Assembly (NCBI GenBank): GCA_965203355.1
Contig: OZ241889.1
Span: 928,001 to 992,000, forward strand
Reading direction: 5' to 3'
Source of the DNA: Candidatus Latescibacterota bacterium
Lineage (GTDB): Bacteria; Latescibacterota; UBA2968; UBA8231
Length of the DNA: 64,000 bases
Numbering within the stretch: the stretch's first letter is position 1; each line of letters opens with the position of its first letter. Shown piece after piece: positions 57,240 through 64,000 of the stretch. A program made the translations under genes and the position numbers. Under the pieces are notes generated by a model. That model was not told where the DNA came from. It saw nothing but the letters and a program-made list of their open reading frames with translations, and did no database searches.

Positions 57240-57712
57240 ATGCCGCGCAAAAACAAAGTGCTCAGGCTTGGCGACATGGCCCCCTTATTCACGCTCCCCT
57301 CACAGCAAGAGCAAGAGGTATCGCTCGCAGCGCAGCTAAAAAAAAACACGTCGTCCTAATTTTTTTTCGGGGAACATGGTGACTGAATAGCCGCCGCCAG
57401 TTGGCGGCAGTACAAGAACATCTCCCCACTTATGCCGAATGCGATGCGACGCCGCTCGCCATAACCGCGCAGTGGCCTCGCGCACTGATCGGATATGGGG
57501 TCACCTATCCGTTGCTAGCGGACACAGAACGGCGCGTGATCAAAAGCTATGGGGTGTATCACTGGCTTGGGCCAACCACGTACAAACTTGCCCGTCCGGC
57601 GACGTTTATCATCGATAAGAGCGGCGTTATTCGATATATGTATATTGGTTCAAATCAATTCGATTTGGCAAAACAAGTAGATATTTGCGATCATTTAGCA
57701 TTGCTCAAATGA
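57240..57712 (+). pseudogene. AhpC/TSA redoxin, probable selenoprotein, split by a -1 frameshift in an A9 run
   Basis: GDMAPLFTLP...VSL, shift at 57338-57346, then HVVLIFFRGTW-UGA-LNSRRQL ... ARPATFIIDKSGVIRY; SECIS-like hairpin. Confidence 0.75.
57393..57408 (+). promoter_or_regulatory. bacterial SECIS-like hairpin
   Basis: GCCGCC-AGUU-GGCGGC; loop begins 16 nt after the in-frame UGA at 57380. Confidence 0.65.
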
Positions 57713-57753
57713 CGTTCACGTCTTATTGCGTCCGCACTGTGCGAGGCTGAGAA

Positions 57754-58536
57754 ATGGCAACCGCTAAAAAATTACATTACCCCGATGATTTCATAGACCG
57801 ATTTATCTGTGGCAATACCACGGATATTATGCAGCAACTACCTAGCGGTAGCGTCGACTTGGTTGTGACCTCACCGCCCTATAACCTCAAGAATTCGACG
57901 GGCAACGGGATGAAAGACGGCCGGGGCGGCAAGTGGTCTGGTGCCGCATTGGTCGATGGCTATTCTCACTACGGCGACAACGTACCACACGAAGAATACG
58001 TGCGCTGGCAAAGATCGTGTTTACAGGAAATGTTGCGCGTCATTCCTGAAAATGGCGCAATTTTCTATAACCACAAATGGCGAGTACAAGCAGGTTTATT
58101 ACAAGATAGGAACGACATTATTTCTGGTTTTCCCGTTAGGCAGATCATTATATGGAAGCGAAAGGGAGGTATAAACTTTAACCCGGGTTATTTTTTGCCG
58201 ACGTATGAAGTGATATATATGATTGCCAAACCAAAATTCAAATTGGTGGAAAAAGCAAATGCTCACGGCGATATATGGGAATTCGGTCAAGAGAGCAAAA
58301 ATAGACACCCGGCCCCTTTTCCCGTCGCTTTGATAGAGCGCATAATTTCGTCTACAAATGCTAAAGTCGTCCTCGATCCTTTCATGGGTTCCGGTACCAC
58401 GGCCCTCGCAGCAAAGAATCTCGATAGAAACTTTATCGGTATAGACCTTTCCCCCGAATATTGCAATATGGCCTTACAAAGGCTTAACGATCCTCCATCG
58501 GTCGCAAGAGGCGGCAAAAAAGTTTCTTTTATATAG
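57754..58536 (+). CDS. amino-DNA methyltransferase, beta class (probably N4-cytosine)
   Basis: VTSPPYN ... HPAPFP ... LDPFMGSGTT. Confidence 0.9.
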   Translation: MATAKKLHYPDDFIDRFICGNTTDIMQQLPSGSVDLVVTSPPYNLKNSTGNGMKDGRGGKWSGAALVDGYSHYGDNVPHEEYVRWQRSCLQEMLRVIPENGAIFYNHKWRVQAGLLQDRNDIISGFPVRQIIIWKRKGGINFNPGYFLPTYEVIYMIAKPKFKLVEKANAHGDIWEFGQESKNRHPAPFPVALIERIISSTNAKVVLDPFMGSGTTALAAKNLDRNFIGIDLSPEYCNMALQRLNDPPSVARGGKKVSFI

Positions 58537-58651
58537 GACTCCTATACGACAAGTAACAATAGATGACATTTTTTTCTATTTAATCGGTAATCCAATAACA
58601 GGAACAGAAGATCTGGTATGTGTATAATAAAGCAAAGTCAGGTGTTGCGAT

Positions 58652-59842
58652 ATGAGAAAGCTAAAAGTAGATTATCAAAGCGAACTCTTAGAGTACTGTA
58701 AGACAAACTCTAAAAAGCTTTCTTCAGAGTTAAAAAGACTAGGATTGAACTATGATTCGTTGATTTATGAAAATAACAAAGAGATAGGTAATATGTTTAC
58801 TGAATGCTCAGAATACAAAACACTTAGTGATTTTAAGAGACTTAAAAAAGACGTACCACTGGTAAGTTTTTTTTCTGGATGCGGCGGTCTTGACTTAGGG
58901 TTTGAGTTCGCTGGATTCAAGACAATGGCAATGGTGGAGATAAACGAAGTTTTCTGCAATACATTGCGCGACAATTTTTCTACAACTGTTGTTGGACCTC
59001 CCGAATATAATGGTGACGTTAAATATACTGACACAATTATAGAAATACTAAAAGATATTGGTATTAAAGAAAATTTCCCAGGTGTTTTTATCGGGGGGCC
59101 GCCTTGTCAGCCTTTCAGCATCGCTGCTAATCAGCGGTTTTCAAAGAGTGGGACAAAATTCAAGAGGATAGGTTTTAATAACAAAGATTACGGCAATCTC
59201 CTTTTCGATTACATATTTCTCGTTAAGGTATTTAGACCAAAGGCATTTTTGATCGAAAATGTGGAGGGCTTACTAACGCTGGATGGTGGTCGCCAAGTGT
59301 CTGAGGTTTGTCAGATTCTAACAGAGCTAGGATATACGGTAGCAAAACCCACTCTACTGAATGCAGCTAATTTCTTTGTTCCTCAGAATAGGTGGCGCAT
59401 GTTTATCGTCGGAATTATGAATGGTTCTTTTCGATTCCCGCAGAAGCAACCTTCTACGGTCTCGTGTGGCAAAGCACTAGAAAAGCCGGTAAGTGGTTTA
59501 GCTAACAACAAAACTAGAGAGCATAAGGCGGAGTCTATTAAAAGATACATGAAACTGGATTATGGAAAGAGGGACGCATTGGGCAGGGTGGATAGGCTGG
59601 ACCCGACGCTACCCTCAAAGACGGTCATTGCTGGCGGCACCAAGGGTGGTGGAAGATCGCATTTACACCCCCATATACCCCGGACTATGTCTGTGAGAGA
59701 GTGCGCTCGCTTACAAACATTCCCGGACGACTTTGTTTTTACTGGGTCTCCGGCGCGGCAATTTACTCAAGTGGGGAATGCAGTCCCGCCGATATTGGCT
59801 TACCATATCGCCAGACAGATATTTGAGGGGCTTAACGCCTAA
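58652..59842 (+). CDS. C5-cytosine DNA methyltransferase
   Basis: FFSGCGG, GGPPCQ, IENVEG, PQNRWR, RECARLQTFP, GNAVPP; low GC. Confidence 0.95.
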   Translation: MRKLKVDYQSELLEYCKTNSKKLSSELKRLGLNYDSLIYENNKEIGNMFTECSEYKTLSDFKRLKKDVPLVSFFSGCGGLDLGFEFAGFKTMAMVEINEVFCNTLRDNFSTTVVGPPEYNGDVKYTDTIIEILKDIGIKENFPGVFIGGPPCQPFSIAANQRFSKSGTKFKRIGFNNKDYGNLLFDYIFLVKVFRPKAFLIENVEGLLTLDGGRQVSEVCQILTELGYTVAKPTLLNAANFFVPQNRWRMFIVGIMNGSFRFPQKQPSTVSCGKALEKPVSGLANNKTREHKAESIKRYMKLDYGKRDALGRVDRLDPTLPSKTVIAGGTKGGGRSHLHPHIPRTMSVRECARLQTFPDDFVFTGSPARQFTQVGNAVPPILAYHIARQIFEGLNA

Positions 59843-59874
59843 AGCCACTAAAGTGATAGGAGCTATATTATATA

Positions 59875-60891
59875 ATGAAATACCGCAGAATGGGCCGCAC
59901 CGGCCTCAAAGTATCGGAAGTTTGCCTCGGGACCATGACCTTTGGCCACAGCACTGACGAGCGCGAGGCCAAGCGGATCGTCGATCTGGCGTTTGACGCG
60001 GGCATCAACTTCTTCGACACGGCTGACTCGTATGGCCGCGGCGAGTCCGAGATCATAACCGGCAAGGCGCTCAAGGATCGCCGCCGCGATGCGGTCATCG
60101 CCACCAAGTTTTTCAACCCCATGGGGCCTGGCCCCAACGACTCGGGGATGTCGCGGGTGCGCATTATGAACGCGGTCGAGGACAGCCTCCGGCGACTGCA
60201 AACAGATTACATTGACCTTTATTACATCCACCACGTGGATACCCAGACTCCGTTGGAAGAGATGCTGCGTGCGCTCGACGATTTGATCCGCCAAGGCAAG
60301 GTGCGCTATACCGCCTGTTCCAACTATCAGGCGTGGCGCTTGATGGAAGCGTTGTGGATTTCAGACGCGCATGGCTTGGCGCGCTTTGAGTGCTATCAGC
60401 CGCAATACAGCTTGGTCGTGCGCGACATTGAGCAGGAGTTGATTCCGGTTTGTCAACTCAAGGGGCTGGGCGTGGTGGCGTGGAGCCCGCTCGGCGGCGG
60501 CTTTCTCTCCGGCAAGTACAAGCCCGGTGAGCGCACCCTAGCCGGTACGCGTTCCGCCGATGCGTGGGCGTACCCGCAAAGCTATTTTGCCGCCAATGCC
60601 GACGAGACCTTAGAGACGCTACTAGCGGTAGCCGACGAGATAGGCCGTGCGCCAGCGCAAGTGGCTCTGCGTTGGGTGTTGGAACAACCGGCCATCACCT
60701 CGGTCATCATTGGTGCGCGCACGGTCGAGCAGGCGAGGGACAACATGCTCGCCGGTAGCTTTTGTCTCCCGGACCAGGCCCGCGCCCGGCTCGACGAAGT
60801 TTCCCACCTCCCGCATCGCTACCCAGAAGCCATGGAAGCGAACATGCACGCGCGCCGCGATGACGCGGTCGAGATGCCGACGCTGGAGTGA
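59875..60891 (+). CDS. aldo/keto reductase
   Basis: LGTMTFG, FDTADSY, SLRRLQTDYIDLY, WSPLGGG. Confidence 0.9.
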   Translation: MKYRRMGRTGLKVSEVCLGTMTFGHSTDEREAKRIVDLAFDAGINFFDTADSYGRGESEIITGKALKDRRRDAVIATKFFNPMGPGPNDSGMSRVRIMNAVEDSLRRLQTDYIDLYYIHHVDTQTPLEEMLRALDDLIRQGKVRYTACSNYQAWRLMEALWISDAHGLARFECYQPQYSLVVRDIEQELIPVCQLKGLGVVAWSPLGGGFLSGKYKPGERTLAGTRSADAWAYPQSYFAANADETLETLLAVADEIGRAPAQVALRWVLEQPAITSVIIGARTVEQARDNMLAGSFCLPDQARARLDEVSHLPHRYPEAMEANMHARRDDAVEMPTLE

Positions 60892-60894
60892 CGA

Positions 60895-62247
60895 GTGACC
60901 GAGCCACCCCTTCAGGTTGCCAAGACCTGCGAGCTGCACGTCCACATCGGCGGCAGCCTCTTTGCCGCTGATCTCCTCGACTTGGCCCGCGACCACTATG
61001 AAAAAATCGACTGGTCGCTGTTTGTCGATAGCTTTGAACGCGCCTATGGCCGTCGGCCCGAGCCGGTCGCGCTGTTCCGCGAGGTGCTCGACAGCCAATG
61101 TCTCGACGCGCTCAAGGCGCACTGCGTGTACAGCGCGGAGGACGAGAGCGACTTTGCTCATTTCCAAGCCAAGTTCAACTTGGCCATCTGCGTCTATCGC
61201 TATTGGTGGAACGTCTTGGGCAAGCCAGAAGAAATTTTGCAGCGCGTGTTCGCCCACCATCGGCGCGAAGGGCTGCGTTACGTCGAATACCGCGCCATGG
61301 CTTCCTACGACCACATCCAATCCGAAGCCTTCGTGCAGTTTCACGCGCTGATTGCGCGCGCCATTGCCCAAGCCTGCACGGAGGACTTTACCGCCCGCTA
61401 TGTCATCAGCCTGCCGCGCTGGGCGCCGCTTGAATGTTATAAATTGGTCCAACGCCTGCTCGACGAAAATGAGGATTTGCGGTCCGCGATCGTCGGGCTC
61501 GATTTCTGCCACTTTGAGGAGGGTTATCCGCCCGCGAGCACCCGCGCCTTCTTCCGGCGCCTGCGTCGCGACAACGAACGGCACCCGGAGCGCGCCCTCG
61601 ACGTGGCCTATCACGTCGGCGAGGTCTATTTCGACAAGTCGCTCGAAAGCGCAGTGCGCTGGTGCCACGAAGCCGCGGAGTTGGGTGCGCTGCGCTTGGG
61701 GCATTGCACCGCGCTTGGGCTCGACCCAGAGGTTGCTGTGGCCCGTCGGTCCCAAGCCCATGCGTGCGAGCCGGTCAGCGAACGCCTGGCCCAGATTGCC
61801 TACGATTTGCAACACAAGAAAGCATTGGAAGAATGCGGCGTTCCGGTTGACGACCACGCCCTGATGCAGGAGCGCAGCAACCTCTCGTCCCGTCCCGGCG
61901 ATGCGCTGGTTTGCCGCGCCTACGATCCTTCGCGCTTCGAAGCAGTGCGCCGACGGCAGGACTTTGCACTCAGCCGCTTGGCCACGCTCGGCACCGTAGT
62001 AGAAACTTGCCCGACCTCCAACTTGCGCATTGGTGCCGTACCCGACGCGAAAGATCACCCCGTGCATCGCTTCTTGGCCTCTAATGTCCGCCTAGCTATC
62101 GGCGCCGACGACCCTGGTCTTTTCGAATGTACACTCGCCGATGAAGTCGATTGGGTCCAACGCCACACTGACCTGACTCCAGACGCGCTACAAGCCCGCC
62201 TTGGCGACCCACGCGACTACCGATGCGGCGCAACGCGCATCCGCTAG
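60895..62247 (+). CDS. adenosine deaminase-like metallohydrolase
   Basis: ELHVHIGG, HVGE, RLGH, ETCPTSN, ADDPG. Confidence 0.8.
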   Translation: MTEPPLQVAKTCELHVHIGGSLFAADLLDLARDHYEKIDWSLFVDSFERAYGRRPEPVALFREVLDSQCLDALKAHCVYSAEDESDFAHFQAKFNLAICVYRYWWNVLGKPEEILQRVFAHHRREGLRYVEYRAMASYDHIQSEAFVQFHALIARAIAQACTEDFTARYVISLPRWAPLECYKLVQRLLDENEDLRSAIVGLDFCHFEEGYPPASTRAFFRRLRRDNERHPERALDVAYHVGEVYFDKSLESAVRWCHEAAELGALRLGHCTALGLDPEVAVARRSQAHACEPVSERLAQIAYDLQHKKALEECGVPVDDHALMQERSNLSSRPGDALVCRAYDPSRFEAVRRRQDFALSRLATLGTVVETCPTSNLRIGAVPDAKDHPVHRFLASNVRLAIGADDPGLFECTLADEVDWVQRHTDLTPDALQARLGDPRDYRCGATRIR

Positions 62248-62253
62248 GAACCC

Positions 62254-63735
62254 GTGATTACCCCGCAAAAGATGTTCAAGGGGTTTTTCTACACCTTGGG
62301 CACGGGCTATGCCGCACGGCTGTGCAGTGTGGGGTTGACGGTGTTGATCAAAAGGCAGCTCGCCCCCAGCGTTTTTGCCGATGTGTTTTTGGGCGTGACG
62401 GTCTTTATCCTGCTGTCCAGCCTGCGCGAGTTTGGCTTAATGCACGCGCTGTTGCACTTCCAAGACCGAGTCGAGGAATTCGTCGGTACGCACTTTGCGC
62501 TGAATGTGTGCATTACCCTGCTGTCGTGTTTGCTCACCAGCGGGGTCGTCTTGGCCTTGGCGTTGCTTTTCCCGGCCGATTTTTCCTGGACTTTTGCCCA
62601 AGTCGCGTGGGTGCTGGCGGCGTTGCACTGCGTGCGCCAACTGACCCTGACTTCAGAGGCCCTGCTGAGGATGGATTTTGAGTTTGGCCGGCTCTCGGTG
62701 TTTCACGGACTGGGGACGCTGTTGGCCTTGAGCAGTGCGCTGCTGGCGGCCCACGCCGGGTGGGAAGAGTGGAGCCTGATATTGGGAGGGTGGACTACGT
62801 ACTCGGTGCTCAGCGTGGTGTACGTGTTGTTTTTTTCTGCGGCCACTTGGTGTAGCCGTCCCCTGCGCCGCGCCTCTTGGCGCTTTGATTGGGTTTGGGC
62901 GCGCCGCCTACTGGGTTATGGCGTGTGGATCTGGATTGGCTGGGTATTGCAGATTTTTATTTGGTGGTATGACAAATTGGTCGTGCGCTTGGTCGTTGGC
63001 GATACGGCACTCGCGCTCTACGAGACAGCGTGGTGGCTGGTGCAGATTCCCACCGCGGTTATCGCGCATATCATCCTCAACTACAGCGGTGCCCTGTACT
63101 CGCGGTATCGGCACGAGCGCGAGCGGCTGGGCGCGTTGTTCTCCAAGATGATCAGCCTAGTACTGAGAGTGTCGGCTCCCGTGTCGCTGATCTTGGTCTT
63201 CAATGCCCGCGAGGTAATCGCCCTCTTAGGTGGCCAATGGGCTGGGTCGGCGCCCATTGTGGTTTGGCTGGGGGCGTATGCGCTGTTGGGCCCGCTGCTC
63301 AGCGATGGATTTAGCCTGCTGTGGGCGGTAGGGGCGACGCGCCGGTCCGCGTACATAGTGGGGATTCAGGGGGCGGTGGCCCTTTTTGCCGTCCCGGTGC
63401 TGGGCGCGTTGTGGGGCGTGGAGGGCGTGGCGTACAGCATGGGCGCGGTGGCTGGCACGGGTTTCTTGGGCCTGTGCGTTGGTTTGCGCGCCTATGTGAG
63501 CGTCCGTTGGTTCGAGGTCTTGGCCGCGCCGGGCGTGGGATTGTTGGCGGCCGCGGTATGCGGATGGTTGTACGATCATTGGGCCTTGGATTATGCCGTG
63601 GCCGATTTTGCCTTGCGGAGCGGAATTATGGCGTTGGCATACGGGATTGTTCTCGGGGTGCTAGAGCGCCGCATCATCGTCGAGGAGCTCGGACACTTGC
63701 GCCGCATTATGCGTGGGAGCGCGGAAGAGGAATAG
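62254..63735 (+). CDS. oligosaccharide flippase (Wzx/MOP family)
   Basis: Multi-TM protein; 'EFGL..AL', 'DKLVV..VVG..ALALY'. Confidence 0.8.
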   Translation: MITPQKMFKGFFYTLGTGYAARLCSVGLTVLIKRQLAPSVFADVFLGVTVFILLSSLREFGLMHALLHFQDRVEEFVGTHFALNVCITLLSCLLTSGVVLALALLFPADFSWTFAQVAWVLAALHCVRQLTLTSEALLRMDFEFGRLSVFHGLGTLLALSSALLAAHAGWEEWSLILGGWTTYSVLSVVYVLFFSAATWCSRPLRRASWRFDWVWARRLLGYGVWIWIGWVLQIFIWWYDKLVVRLVVGDTALALYETAWWLVQIPTAVIAHIILNYSGALYSRYRHERERLGALFSKMISLVLRVSAPVSLILVFNAREVIALLGGQWAGSAPIVVWLGAYALLGPLLSDGFSLLWAVGATRRSAYIVGIQGAVALFAVPVLGALWGVEGVAYSMGAVAGTGFLGLCVGLRAYVSVRWFEVLAAPGVGLLAAAVCGWLYDHWALDYAVADFALRSGIMALAYGIVLGVLERRIIVEELGHLRRIMRGSAEEE

Positions 63736-64000
63736 GGATTTCGCCGGTTGCGACCCGTGTGAGGGTCGCCGCGTAGAGTTGGTGCTCTACGGCTAATACC
63801 CGCTTTTGCAGGGTCTCAGGCGTGTCTTCTGCTTTAACCGGAACCTTTTTCTGCGCCAGCACTCGCCCGTGGTCGTATTCTTCATCCACCAAGTGGATCG
63901 TCGCCCCGCTCTCGTGCTCTCCAGCGGCCAATACCGCTTCGTGGACCCGCATTCCGTACATGCCTTGTCCGCCGAACTTGGGCAGCAGGGCGGGGTGGAT
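63707..64000 (-). CDS. purN: phosphoribosylglycinamide formyltransferase (5' truncated by window edge)
   Basis: IHPALLPKFGG.GMYG..VHEAVL..GE.ESGATIHLVDEEYDHG. Confidence 0.9.
   Translation of the reverse strand: MHPALLPKFGGQGMYGMRVHEAVLAAGEHESGATIHLVDEEYDHGRVLAQKKVPVKAEDTPETLQKRVLAVEHQLYAATLTRVATGEIPIPLPRSHA

Noticed and set aside
57401-57712. Stand-alone 103-aa gene
   Set aside because: It is the portion downstream of the UGA in the larger redoxin gene starting at 57240.

Overview
Bacterial chromosome window, mostly high-GC with several visibly lower-GC inserts. One secreted protein ends in a 'TTAVEQTSWGHVK' tail that I associate, tentatively, with Latescibacterota/Gemmatimonadota-type lineages. 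The backbone holds housekeeping and catabolic genes (ltaE, an RraA-family gene, a transsulfuration lyase, a FolC fusion, moaA, ettA, sat, purN) and a form II CoxSLM-like molybdenum hydroxylase locus split into two blocks. The main feature is a ~20 kb minus-strand cluster (about 21.8-42.0 kb) between those blocks that looks like an undescribed peptide-maturation (RiPP-like) system. It contains two paralogous Cys-rich precursors with a shared MxxLSKK...IQAY leader, each followed by its own secreted 6-bladed beta-propeller. It also encodes a CxxC redoxin, an ABC exporter, a membrane rhodanese, an S8 protease fused to a DUF1611/TIGR04066-like domain, an ACP, a BtrH-like protein, an MFP, two RND subunits, and a PAS kinase/NarL regulator pair next to four 18-bp palindromes. 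Each precursor ORF is bracketed by a perfect 14-nt inverted repeat and followed by a hairpin with a compensatory base change. Other findings: a frameshifted UGA/SECIS redoxin, a redoxin with foreign codon usage, a SLATT-like islet flanked by a duplicated gene end, toxin-antitoxin genes and remnants, a MITE, and two orphan DNA methyltransferases. Family assignments come from motif recognition and recall; no database searches were run.
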